Below are positions 47,376 through 56,439 of a stretch of DNA of 64,000 nucleotides, one piece after another. The stretch's first letter is position 1. The number at the start of each line of letters is the position of its first letter. The notes below the pieces were generated by a model. That model searched no databases. It was not told the DNA's origin and worked only from the letters and a program-made list of their open reading frames with translations. Where the stretch lies: contig OZ242360.1 of assembly GCA_965208775.1 (NCBI GenBank), positions 3,037,404-3,101,403 of the forward strand. Reading direction: 5' to 3'. The DNA comes from Chloroflexota bacterium (lineage in GTDB: Bacteria > Chloroflexota > UBA11872 > VXNJ01). The translations under genes were made by a program, and so were the position numbers.

Positions 47376-47469
47376 TTCGACCCCTTCGACAGGCTCAGGG
47401 CAGGCAGGCTCAGGGTGCACGGAATTCTTCACCCTCACCCCAACCCTCTCCCGTCAAGGGAGAGGGGGT
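47376..47469. repeat. REP-like palindromic element, copy 3, with a duplicated leader
   Basis: CCCTTCGACCCCTTCGACAGGCTCAGGGCAGGCAGGCTCAGGGTGCACGGAATTCTTCACCCTCACCCCAACCCTCTCCCGTCAAGGGAGAGGGGGTA. Confidence 0.7.
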
Positions 47470-47578
47470 ATTCCGTCAAGGGAGAGGGAGTTTTCCCTCA
47501 AATGAGAGGGGTATTCCGTCGAGGGGCAGCGGTTGGTCCGTCGAAGGGCAGGGGGTGTTCCGTTGGGGGAGAGGGAAC
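47449..47578. repeat. Degenerate tandem array (~6 units of 20-24 bp, consensus TTCCGTCAAGGGAGAGGGGGTA) extending from REP copy 3
   Basis: The units are CCGTCAAGGGAGAGGGGGTA, TTCCGTCAAGGGAGAGGGAGTTT, TCCCTCAAATGAGAGGGGTA, TTCCGTCGAGGGGCAGCGGTTGGT, CCGTCGAAGGGCAGGGGGTG and TTCCGTTGGGGGAGAGGGAA. Confidence 0.6.
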
Positions 47579-47610
47579 CGAAGCGGTGACCGCGTAGTAG
47601 GCTTGAATCC

Positions 47611-48969
47611 ATGAGGGCGCTGTTGGTTTCCACGTATGAATTGGGTCATCAGCCGCTGCATGTCGCTTCGCCGGCGGCGGCACTGAGGAGCGCCGGTCAT
47701 GCCGTGCGCTGCCGCGACTTGTCGGTGCAGGAGTGGGACGAGTCCGACGTCGAATGGGCGGACGGGGTCGCGTTTTCGGTGCCGATGCACACGGCGATGC
47801 GGCTGGCGCTGGAGGCGGTCAATCGTATCCAGCGTTCGCGACCTGATCTGCCAATCTGCCTATATGGACTCTACGCGCATATCGAAGACCGGGGAGGCGC
47901 GGGTCCTGCCGTTTTTACGATTTCCGGCGAGTATGAGAGGGGGCTGCTCGAATGGGCGCGCTCGGTGTCGGACGGCGAGCTTGCGGCGTCGCACGGGCAG
48001 GTGGTTGATCTGGGAAGGCAGCAGTTCCAGACGCCGGGGAGAGAGGATCTACCGGGGCTAGAGCATTACTCGCAGCTTGCCATCGGCGGGGAACGCCGCC
48101 TGGCGGGTTACGTGGAGGCGAGCCACGGATGCGTCCACCGGTGCGGCCATTGCCCGGTCCCGGCGGTCTATGACGGCAAGGTGAGAGTCGTCGGAGAGGA
48201 TGTAGTTCTTCGAGACATAGCCAATCTGGCGTCGATGGGTGCGAGGCATATTACGTTTGGCGATCCGGACTTTCTCAACGCACCGCGCCATTCCCTGCGC
48301 GTGGTCCGGTCGATGCACGATCGGTTCCCAGAACTGACGTTCGACTGCACGACCAAGGTAGAGCACATTTTGAGACACGACGGCATCTGGCCGGAGATGG
48401 CGAGTGCGGGGTGCCTGTTCGTCGTTTCGGCGCTTGAATGCATGAACGACCAGATACTGGCGCGGCTGGACAAGGGGCACACCGCGTGGGACGCCCGGCG
48501 GGCCGTGAAGCTGCTTCGCCTGTACGGTATAGAGCCGCGGCCGTCGTTCTTGCCGTTTACGCCGTGGTCGGACTTCCAGGATATCTTCGACATACTGGAT
48601 TTCGTGGCGGAGAACGATCTGGTCGATAACGTCGATCCGATCCAGTACACGATCCGGCTGCTCGTGCCTCATGGATCGCTGTTGCTGCGCGATCCGGCTT
48701 TTCGGGCGCTGCTTGGAGAATTCGACGCGGAGCGTCTTACCTATACGTGGCGGTCGGCGGACCGGCGGCTGGACGACCTTCAAAGACGGCTTCTAGAGAT
48801 CGCGGAGCGCGCGGCGCAGACTGAATCGCCGTTGCCGGAGACGTTCATAGAGATGGGGGAGGCCGTAGTCGACGCGGCGGACGACGCGAGCCTAGCGGGC
48901 AGTTTGGAGATGGCGTCCGTGGGCGTCGAACGGAACACGCCAAGGTTGACCGAACCGTGGTTCTGCTGA
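47611..48969 (+). CDS. B12-binding-domain-like / radical SAM protein
   Basis: The radical-SAM cluster motif CVHRCGHC (Cx3Cx2C) lies at ~residue 180, after an N-terminal Rossmann-like domain typical of class-B (cobalamin-type) rSAM enzymes. Length 452 aa. Confidence 0.6.
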   Translation: MRALLVSTYELGHQPLHVASPAAALRSAGHAVRCRDLSVQEWDESDVEWADGVAFSVPMHTAMRLALEAVNRIQRSRPDLPICLYGLYAHIEDRGGAGPAVFTISGEYERGLLEWARSVSDGELAASHGQVVDLGRQQFQTPGREDLPGLEHYSQLAIGGERRLAGYVEASHGCVHRCGHCPVPAVYDGKVRVVGEDVVLRDIANLASMGARHITFGDPDFLNAPRHSLRVVRSMHDRFPELTFDCTTKVEHILRHDGIWPEMASAGCLFVVSALECMNDQILARLDKGHTAWDARRAVKLLRLYGIEPRPSFLPFTPWSDFQDIFDILDFVAENDLVDNVDPIQYTIRLLVPHGSLLLRDPAFRALLGEFDAERLTYTWRSADRRLDDLQRRLLEIAERAAQTESPLPETFIEMGEAVVDAADDASLAGSLEMASVGVERNTPRLTEPWFC

Positions 48970-49028
48970 GCGGAGCCCACTTCGGGCCAGTTCGGCTCGG
49001 TACTAGGGGGATAGGCGTTTAGGAGTCG

Positions 49029-49052
49029 GCCTGTTTGAAATAGTGAACAGGC
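49029..49052. terminator. Hairpin GCCTGTT-(10 nt loop)-AACAGGC between convergent rSAM and FGE-like genes; candidate bidirectional terminator
   Basis: Seen in sequence. There is no clear U-tract, so this is a weak intrinsic-terminator call. Confidence 0.3.
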
Positions 49053-49064
49053 TGTCGGCGCGGC

Positions 49065-50027
49065 TCAGGCGCCCCGGGCGACGCGGAAACCCATATTGCC
49101 GGTGGAGCTGTCGGGCGTGTTGGAGCTTCGCGCTCCGACCCGGTAGCGATTGCAGTAGGAATCGTGGCAAAGGTACGAGCCGCCTCTTATCACCCGTGCC
49201 GAACCGGCGGACGGTCCGGTTGGATTGTCGCGGGGGGCTGACCGGCCGTAGCCGGGGCTGAACCAGTCGGCGCACCATTCCCAGACGTTCCCGGAGGTGT
49301 TGAAGAGGCCGAATCCGTTGGCGCGGAAGGACCTGGCGGGGGCGGTGGACATGAAACCGTCGGCCTGGGTGTTGCGGTCGGGGAAGTCGCCTTGCCAGAC
49401 GTTGCAGCGATACTCGCCGTCAGGTTCAAGCTCGTCGCCCCAGGGGAAGCGCCGCTGCTCAAGGCCGCCGCGCGCGGCGAACTCCCACTCGGCTTCGGTG
49501 GGAAGCCGGGCGCCGGACCACTCGCAGTAAGCGACCGCGTCGTTCCAGGTGACGTGGACGACCGGATGGTCGGGGCGGTCGATTACGTTCGAGCCCGGCC
49601 CCTCGGGGGATTTCCAAAATGCGCCGTTTACTTTCAACCACCACGGAGCGATAAGCGCGGCCTGATCGACCTGACTCTGTAGCTCGGGCGGGACCAGCAG
49701 GTGAAACACGAAGGACCAGCCGAAGCGCTCGGCTTCGGTCACGTAGGCCGTTTGGCGTGTGAACTCCTCGAACTCGGCGTTGGTAACGGCGCATTTGCCG
49801 ATGAAGAACGGATCGACGCGGACGCGCCGGACGGGTCCCTCGCCGTCGGAGGAAAATCCGCGCGGGTCGTCGGTCCCCATCAGGAACTCGCCGCCGCGCA
49901 GGCGGGCCATGTCCTTGGCGGCTTGCCTACGGCGTTTCCGGCCCCTGGGACTTTGCCGCTCCTGGACGGGCCGGTTCTGACGCCGGGGCGCGCAGCAGGC
50001 CGCGCCGTCGGGACTCGAGTAAGTCAA
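49065..50027 (-). CDS. Formylglycine-generating-enzyme (SUMF1/EgtB-C-terminal) family protein
   Basis: The family-typical pattern is RVIRGGSYLCHDSYCNRYRVGARS and NGFGLFNTSGNVWEWCADWF. The start may be the downstream M (MARLRGGEFLMGTDD). Confidence 0.7.
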   Translation of the reverse strand: MTYSSPDGAACCAPRRQNRPVQERQSPRGRKRRRQAAKDMARLRGGEFLMGTDDPRGFSSDGEGPVRRVRVDPFFIGKCAVTNAEFEEFTRQTAYVTEAERFGWSFVFHLLVPPELQSQVDQAALIAPWWLKVNGAFWKSPEGPGSNVIDRPDHPVVHVTWNDAVAYCEWSGARLPTEAEWEFAARGGLEQRRFPWGDELEPDGEYRCNVWQGDFPDRNTQADGFMSTAPARSFRANGFGLFNTSGNVWEWCADWFSPGYGRSAPRDNPTGPSAGSARVIRGGSYLCHDSYCNRYRVGARSSNTPDSSTGNMGFRVARGA

Positions 50028-50133
50028 GATATATGCGCTTTGAGAAGGGGCATTTAGTTGAATGCGGCCGACGTGAGTCCGTCAACTCAAGACGACTGGT
50101 CACATTCTACGGTTCCGCGGTCCTGCGATTGGT

Positions 50134-50796
50134 CTATTGCGCGCCGTGTTTCGAGAGCGGGTCGAGCATGGTGACGAAGTGCCTTTCCACGCGCCCGGTG
50201 GAGAGCATTAAGCCTATAGCGACGAGCCAAACGAAGAACAAAGCGCCGATGACCGGATGCACGCCGGTCGCGGCGTCTATCCAGATGAACTGCATCGCCG
50301 CACCGATGATGGCCGACGCGGGCGATATGCGCCTCAGATTGCCGCCGACTTTCCATTGGTAGCGGGCCGCGACGATCAACGCCAAGCCGGCGGCCGCGAA
50401 ACCTATTTTGCCGGTGATCCATCGCAGGCTTGCGATCGTGTCGATCGAGCCGCTTATCGAGTCGAGCGCGGCAATATCGGTTGCGGATGGGGCGGATATC
50501 GCCAGGGCCGCCGCGCAAGCTCCGGATACGGCTGTGAATGCGCCTGACGCGCCGAACAGCACCGGAACGAGCGGCGTGCCCAGGAGTTGGCGGATGATCC
50601 ACGTTCCGGACAGCAACAGGGCCGCGCCAATGAGCGTGAGGCCCGATAATAGTCGCGCTCCGCCGCCGATGCCGTATAACACACGGCTCTCGGATATAGC
50701 GGTCAGCGACTCCACCAGCGTGGCGTAGTCCGCGTCTGCCGATACGCGAGCCGCGGCGGAGACGGTAGAGGCGGCGGCGGTTAGCAATAGGAGCAT
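50134..50796 (-). CDS. Hypothetical polytopic membrane protein
   Basis: Ala/Gly/Leu-rich with ~6 predicted TM helices. It lies upstream of, and on the same strand as, the FGE-like gene. Confidence 0.4.
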   Translation of the reverse strand: MLLLLTAAASTVSAAARVSADADYATLVESLTAISESRVLYGIGGGARLLSGLTLIGAALLLSGTWIIRQLLGTPLVPVLFGASGAFTAVSGACAAALAISAPSATDIAALDSISGSIDTIASLRWITGKIGFAAAGLALIVAARYQWKVGGNLRRISPASAIIGAAMQFIWIDAATGVHPVIGALFFVWLVAIGLMLSTGRVERHFVTMLDPLSKHGAQ

Positions 50797-50991
50797 CCCC
50801 GCCTTGCGGATGGTGGAATCGGGGAGCGGTTCAGTTGGAAGTCGTGAACTCAGTTCACTCGATCTGTGTCTATCGCCAGTCACCGACTTGCTCCGCGCAC
50901 CAAAGCCGCAGCCCGCATTCCGCGTCCGGCCGGATGGCTTGGCGAGAAACCCAAAAGCGAATCCTAAACCCCTCTCCTACCGGTAAGCCGT

Positions 50992-51963
50992 GTGTTATAC
51001 ACCACGGACACACACAACGCTCGCGATCAAGACTGTGGGGGCAGCAGGGGCATTTCCGGTGACGAAAGGGTCAATCTGTTCGACGCGAAGTCGGCGGCGC
51101 GGGTTTACGCGCGGGGGCGTCCGTATCACCAGGATGTCGTCATCGAGCGGATCAAGTCACGACTGAAGCTCGACAGAAAGCTGGATAGGGCGCTCGACGC
51201 TGCCTGCGGGACCGGGTTGTCGTGCTTCGCTTTGAAGGCGATTGCGACCAGGGTACATGGCGTCGATATATCCATCGAGATGCTGGATCAGGGGGCGAGG
51301 GACGAGCGGATCGACTATGCGGTCTGTCCGTCGGAGCGTCTGGCTATAGGCGACGCGGCGGTCGATCTGGTGACCGTTTCGTCGGCTTTCCACTGGTTCG
51401 ACAGGGACCGGTTTCTTTCGGAAGCGAAGCGGGTCTTGAGGCCAATGGGTTGGCATGTCATCTACAACAACTTCTTCTTTTCCCGGATGAAGGAGACTGC
51501 GGATTTCGGGACCTGGTTTACGTCGACGCACCTCAAGGAGTTCCCGACGCCTCCTCGGGACAACCGGAGATTTGATGAGGACGACGCGGAACGGGCGGGA
51601 TTCACGTTCGTCGAGCGTGAGTGGTACACGAACGACGTGTCCTGGGACGCAAGCCAGCTGGTGGACTACTTGCTGACGCAGACCAATGTGAGCGCGGTTG
51701 TCGAGGATGGGGCATGGACGCTCGACGATGTGAGGGGGTATCTCCAGAGGGAGGTCGGGCCGTTCTTCCCGGCGACGGGGAGAGGGACGTTCGAGTTTGG
51801 TGGTCCGATTTGGTTTCTCCGCCTCAATGACTCGGTCATAGGCAAGCGAAGCAGCGCTTCCAGCTCGTCGGGCTGCACGGTGTCAGCGGCGATCTTGTTG
51901 GCACGCATTGCGCCGCAGGCCGTACACCAATGGACTACCTGTAACCCTTTGCCCGATTTGTAG
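50992..51963 (+). CDS. Class I SAM-dependent methyltransferase
   Basis: Motif I is LDAACGTGLSCFAL. There is a motif post-I acidic residue and a HWFDRDRF pattern. The core probably spans ~51073..51840. The 3' ~120 nt of the ORF overlaps the convergent RNHCP ORF and may not be coding. Confidence 0.55.
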   Translation: MLYTTDTHNARDQDCGGSRGISGDERVNLFDAKSAARVYARGRPYHQDVVIERIKSRLKLDRKLDRALDAACGTGLSCFALKAIATRVHGVDISIEMLDQGARDERIDYAVCPSERLAIGDAAVDLVTVSSAFHWFDRDRFLSEAKRVLRPMGWHVIYNNFFFSRMKETADFGTWFTSTHLKEFPTPPRDNRRFDEDDAERAGFTFVEREWYTNDVSWDASQLVDYLLTQTNVSAVVEDGAWTLDDVRGYLQREVGPFFPATGRGTFEFGGPIWFLRLNDSVIGKRSSASSSSGCTVSAAILLARIAPQAVHQWTTCNPLPDL

Positions 51964-52145
51964 CGCATCCCGACCGGCTTCATCGGCCCTTTACAAGAAG
52001 AGGCCCTGTCTCCGGGCGCTACGTCGAGGTGTTTCGAATAGAGACATCTCGGGCAGTGGTTCCTATAGCTGCCGTTCGACAGCGGCAGCACTTCCAGACC
52101 GCAATGAAGGCACGCGAATGCCGTGTTCTCAGTTGTCCTGCTCAC
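51666..52145 (-). CDS. RNHCP-domain zinc-ribbon protein
   Basis: N-terminal FACLHCG...YRNHCPRCLYSKHLD...CTACGAMR (RNHCP signature). Only the first ~100 aa look genuine. The ORF tail overlaps the methyltransferase 3' end. Confidence 0.45.
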   Translation of the reverse strand: MSRTTENTAFACLHCGLEVLPLSNGSYRNHCPRCLYSKHLDVAPGDRASSCKGPMKPVGMRYKSGKGLQVVHWCTACGAMRANKIAADTVQPDELEALLRLPMTESLRRRNQIGPPNSNVPLPVAGKNGPTSLWRYPLTSSSVHAPSSTTALTLVCVSK

Positions 52146-52680
52146 TCCTGATCTCCTGAATCTGAGTTGTCAGATCAAGAGACCAGGGTTCCGTTTCCTC
52201 TTAGCTAAGCTTCCAGGCTTGGCTGAGGTATTGACAGATTCGCCGTCGTTCCTCTGCGGTTAACGACTACTTCCGGTTCCACCTTCAACGGGGCATCTTG
52301 CATCCCCGTATCCGAACCACGACCGACTTTGTGTTCTTTGGATCGGCCACTGTGGAGCACCAACGGCACTCCCCACCGGTATGTGTACACTCGGCCTCAC
52401 TGGCTTCGGCGTCGTCCCCTGTCAGGCGCGAGCAGCGTGGCTGTTGCGGTAGCTCAACTTCACCTCCCTTCGCTGCAGAGTCTCGGACCGTCGATGGATT
52501 TCGGCCCTGCATTTAGTCTATGGGCCTATTGGCATGGTAGACGACTGGTTACTGATTGCAGTCACTATGACAGGCTGGCCGCGGCTGAATTCGTAACCAA
52601 GTGGCGCCCCGTGATGTCGTTTCCAAAACCCAGTGCGTCAGCGAGAATGGAAATTCTCTGAAGATTATGGAGGTCTTCGT

Positions 52681-53049
52681 ATGCCGCGAGTTGTGCATTT
52701 TGATATCAATGTTTCGGAGCCGGAGGAGGCTGTCGAGTATTACTCGAAGGTGTTCGGGTGGGAGATTGTGAAGTGGGGCGGGCCGATGGACTACTGGCTG
52801 GTCACGACCGGGCCGGAGGGCGAGCCGGGGATCAACGGCGGACTCTCGAAGGCCGAGGAGGGGGAGCCGGCCATCGCTCTGACTGTGGAGGTGGATTCGG
52901 TAGATGACTTCCTCAGGACCGTCACCGAGAACGGCGGTTCGATTGTGCAGGATAAGTCGCCGATTCCGGGCGTGGGGTGGTCGGCGACGACGGCCGATCC
53001 GTTGGGCAATCTGATGGGGATATTCGAGTCGGACAGCGAGGCCGGTTAG
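52681..53049 (+). CDS. VOC-family (glyoxalase-like) protein
   Basis: MPRVVHFDINVSEPEEAVEYYSKVFGWE. GGAGG lies 6 nt upstream of ATG 52681. Confidence 0.6.
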   Translation: MPRVVHFDINVSEPEEAVEYYSKVFGWEIVKWGGPMDYWLVTTGPEGEPGINGGLSKAEEGEPAIALTVEVDSVDDFLRTVTENGGSIVQDKSPIPGVGWSATTADPLGNLMGIFESDSEAG

Positions 53050-53218
53050 TTCGGGGAGTCTGCGTTTCGGGACTGGATACGGAAGCCGCGGCTTCAGTTA
53101 ACGGTCGATAGCGACGATACGGCCCGGCACTCCCGTGCCATGCCCATGCGCCGTGCGTCGAGGATGGGCGCAACTCCAGTAGGTGTCCGGCTCGCCTCTT
53201 ACTTGTCCCGGAAGGGGG

Positions 53219-54421
53219 TCAGGACGCGCCCGCGTGGATGGCCGATTCGCCGCGGGCGCGAAGCTGATCTAGCTCGACGGTCTGCCCGGAGCGTTGCGCC
53301 TCGTCCATCCCAACTCCCACGACCACGCTTTCGCGGGCGGCCACCGCCGAGGCCAGTGGACCACCTTCGGCGGTTCCCAGGATTTGATGACGGAAGTCCG
53401 ACATCAGCGCATTGTCGCCCCCGCCGTGTCCATGCGCGGGGGTGCTGAGATCGAAGCGCCAGGTCTCCGTGGGCCAGAAGCGGTCCACGATAATCTCGTT
53501 CTTCTCGAAATCTCCCCGCAGCTCGCCCTCGTCGCCGACTATGTGAATCTCGCGGCGCTCACGCGCGCCGAGCATCATTACGGAGAACGCCAAGCGCACG
53601 CCGTTGTCGTACTCGATGAGGCAGTTCTGGTTGTCGACGGTGTCTTTTTCGGTGTGATAGACGCAAAGATCGGTATTCGGGGTCGAACGGCGGTTGCCGT
53701 ATGCCCGAGGACCGTAGAAGGGGCAGACATGCGTGCGGTCGCACTCGGAGCATCGCAGGGCGGCGTCGCTCCGGGGCAAGAAGTAGTCGAGCCCGCCGAA
53801 CGAGGCGACGCGCACGGGGCTGGCACCGACGATCCAGTTGAATATGTCGAAATCGTGGCAGCACTTCGTGAGGATAAAGCTGCCGCAATCCTCCCGGCGG
53901 CGGTAGTGCTCGCGCATGAACGAGGTGGCTGTGTGATGGACGTGCAGCACCTCCTTGGCTTCGACCTGGATCATGCGACCCACGGCGCCGCCGTCCACGA
54001 GCTCTTTAACTTTGCGGTAGAACGGCGTGTAGCGAAGCACCAGACCTATGGTGAGCGATAAGCCCCTCGAGTCCGCGCCGTGGACTACGCGATATGCCCC
54101 TTCCGCCGACGTGGCTATCGGCTTTTCGAGCAGGACGGGCAGGCTGGCCTGGAACGCGCTAATTGCGACAGGCTCGTGGCTGGCGTCGTTGGTCGTGATT
54201 ACGAGAGCGTCGAGCTCCGGTCCGCGGTCGAGCAGCTCTTCCACGCTCGGATACCTGGCGGAAGCGGGCACTTGGTACTCGTCGGCGTAGCCGTTCAGCT
54301 TGTCGGGAACGATGTCCGCCACCGCGGCCAGCTCGAATTCGTCCTGGTTTTCGCTGATGTAGCTGCCGTAGGAATGGGCGCGCGCGCCGGTTCCTATCAG
54401 TCCCGTCCTGATGGGGGCCAT
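53219..54421 (-). CDS. Gfo/Idh/MocA-family NAD(P)-dependent oxidoreductase
   Basis: IRTGLIGTGARAH Rossmann start and EKP motif (LLEKPIATS). Confidence 0.8.
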   Translation of the reverse strand: MAPIRTGLIGTGARAHSYGSYISENQDEFELAAVADIVPDKLNGYADEYQVPASARYPSVEELLDRGPELDALVITTNDASHEPVAISAFQASLPVLLEKPIATSAEGAYRVVHGADSRGLSLTIGLVLRYTPFYRKVKELVDGGAVGRMIQVEAKEVLHVHHTATSFMREHYRRREDCGSFILTKCCHDFDIFNWIVGASPVRVASFGGLDYFLPRSDAALRCSECDRTHVCPFYGPRAYGNRRSTPNTDLCVYHTEKDTVDNQNCLIEYDNGVRLAFSVMMLGARERREIHIVGDEGELRGDFEKNEIIVDRFWPTETWRFDLSTPAHGHGGGDNALMSDFRHQILGTAEGGPLASAVAARESVVVGVGMDEAQRSGQTVELDQLRARGESAIHAGAS

Positions 54422-54505
54422 GTGCTGGTTCTTTCCTTTAGCTGTATGTGCCGGCGGGCCGGCGCGGCGGTGCGTGACGCGGCGTCGTACGGCTGAAGGG
54501 GCCTG

Positions 54506-55426
54506 CTAACCCTTGACGCCGCTGATTACGATTCCCTGAATGAAGTACCGCTGGGCGAAGAAGAAAACCAGCAAGACCGGCACCAGCGCCGTCAGCGAGG
54601 CGGCCATGAGCAAGTTCCAGGCGGATATCTCGTACCTGGTAAATCCCCTGAACTGGGTCAATCCGAGCGCCAGGTTGTATTTGCTTATTTCGTTCAGGTA
54701 GATCAGCGCGTGGAAGAACTCGTTCCAGTGGTTGATGAACGAGAAGATGGCAACGGTGCCGAGCGCCGGAAGCGACAGCGGCATGACTATTCGCCAGAAG
54801 ATCTGAAACGTGCCGGCGCCGTCGATCCTGGCGGCGTCGTCGTAATCCAGCGGGACCCGCATGAAGAACTGCCTGAGCAGGAAGATGAAGAAGGCGTTGC
54901 CCACGCCGAGCCAGAAGGGAACGATCAACGGGAGGAAAGTGTTTATCCAGCCGAGATTCCTGAAGAGGATGAACTGGGGAACGAGAGTGACCTGCTGGGG
55001 GAGCATGATCGTGGCGAGCACGATGAAGAAGACGAACTCCCGCCCCTTCCAGCGCAGCCTGGCAAAGCTGAAAGCCACCACCGCCGACGAGATGATCTGG
55101 CCGGCCATCGCAAGGGCCGTGATCACGAACGTGTTGCGGAAGAACACGCCAAACGGAGCGTGATCCTGCAGAAGGGCGGTGGGATAGTTCTCCCACAGCG
55201 GCTCGAACTGAACGCCCGGAATCCATAGCGGCGGAAACTGCATCACCGCGACCGGGCCCTTTATCGACGTCGTGACCATCCAAATGAACGGAATGATGAG
55301 AAGGAAGGCGCCGAACGTCAGGACTATGTAGCTGAGCGTGAGCTTGAAGGTGTTGCCGAATCGCTTGCTCTCACGCCAGTGGGCTCTCCGGACCGGGGCG
55401 TCGGCGGCTTTGGTTGTGAACGCCAT
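54506..55426 (-). CDS. Carbohydrate ABC transporter permease (MalG/UgpE-like)
   Basis: 6 TM helices. The EAA-like loop is DDAARIDGAGTFQIFWRIVMP. Confidence 0.8.
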   Translation of the reverse strand: MAFTTKAADAPVRRAHWRESKRFGNTFKLTLSYIVLTFGAFLLIIPFIWMVTTSIKGPVAVMQFPPLWIPGVQFEPLWENYPTALLQDHAPFGVFFRNTFVITALAMAGQIISSAVVAFSFARLRWKGREFVFFIVLATIMLPQQVTLVPQFILFRNLGWINTFLPLIVPFWLGVGNAFFIFLLRQFFMRVPLDYDDAARIDGAGTFQIFWRIVMPLSLPALGTVAIFSFINHWNEFFHALIYLNEISKYNLALGLTQFRGFTRYEISAWNLLMAASLTALVPVLLVFFFAQRYFIQGIVISGVKG

Positions 55427-56368
55427 TTAGCCGCGTCCCTTGAAATCGCCCTCGTAGTACACCCAGAGCGATGACGACCGGAAGACGAGCAGCGTGAGGA
55501 TCATGATGTAGGCGAAGAGCAACCACGCCATGGCGGCGGCGTATCCCATCTTCAGGTATTGGAATGCGTTGCGGTAGAGGTGCAGCATGAAGAACAAGGT
55601 GGCGTCGTCGGGGCCGCCGTTGGTGATGATGTATGCCTGCGTGAATGTCTGAAGCGCCCCGATTATGCCGATTACGAGCAGAAAGAAGAGCACGGGCGAC
55701 ATCATGGGAATGGTGATGATCCAGAACTTTTGCCAGAAGTTGGCGCCATCTATCTCGGCGGCTTCGTAGAGCGACGTAGGGATGCCCTGTAGTCCCGCGA
55801 GATAGATCAACATGCCGCCGCCCACGCCCCACAGGCTCATGACGATAAGCGCGGACAGCGCCCAGTTTGGATCGATGAGCCAGCTCGGGCCGTCGATACC
55901 GATCAGGCTGAGAAGCCAGTTCGCGAGTCCGAAATCGGCGTTCAAGATCCACTGCCACAGGAAAGCGACGGCCACTCCGGACACGACGGCCGGCAGGTAG
56001 TAAACGACTCTCCACATGCTGAGCCCCCGCACCCTCTGATTCAGGAGGAGCGCTATAAGGAACCCGAACACGAGGTGCAGCGGGATCGATACGAATGAAT
56101 AGATGGTGGTGACCTTGAGTGACTGCAAGATCAGCTCATCGGTGAAGAGCTGCTTGTAGTTGTCGATGCCATTGAAGGTCGGACCCTGAAGGAGCGGGTA
56201 GTCGGTAAGGCTCAGGTAGACCGAGGCGACCATGGGGCCTGCGGTGAAGATGACGAAGCCGATGATCCAAGGCGAGGCCCAGAGCCACCCTTCGAGATTC
56301 TCGCGGCGCGTTCGGCTTCCGATGCCGCGATCTACAAAGGTCTTAAGTGTTCGACCGGCTACTGACAT
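55427..56368 (-). CDS. Carbohydrate ABC transporter permease (MalF/UgpA-like)
   Basis: 6 TM helices. The EAA loop is YEAAEIDGANFWQKFWIITIPMM. Its stop abuts the next permease start. Confidence 0.8.
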   Translation of the reverse strand: MSVAGRTLKTFVDRGIGSRTRRENLEGWLWASPWIIGFVIFTAGPMVASVYLSLTDYPLLQGPTFNGIDNYKQLFTDELILQSLKVTTIYSFVSIPLHLVFGFLIALLLNQRVRGLSMWRVVYYLPAVVSGVAVAFLWQWILNADFGLANWLLSLIGIDGPSWLIDPNWALSALIVMSLWGVGGGMLIYLAGLQGIPTSLYEAAEIDGANFWQKFWIITIPMMSPVLFFLLVIGIIGALQTFTQAYIITNGGPDDATLFFMLHLYRNAFQYLKMGYAAAMAWLLFAYIMILTLLVFRSSSLWVYYEGDFKGRG

Positions 56369-56439
56369 GTTTGAATCGGAATCGGACCAGGTTCGCTTGA
56401 GGGCCGGAGATTGGGTCTCCGGCCCTCAAGCTCGCCTAA

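Noticed and set aside
47449-47578. Possible CRISPR array
   Set aside because: The units are degenerate and directly abutting, with no unique spacers, and no cas genes occur in the window. It is a tandem repeat derived from the REP element.
43149-47597. ORFs 43149..43346, 45097..45492 and 47355..47597 containing PSPQPSP-KGEG-like peptides
   Set aside because: They are translations of the REP-like palindromic repeats and have no independent coding support.
52146-52680. RNase P RNA or tmRNA in the long intergenic region
   Set aside because: I looked for the P4 helix motifs (GAAAGTCCGGGC / ACAGAACCCGGCTTA) and for a tmRNA 3' T-arm plus CTCCACCA on both strands and found none.
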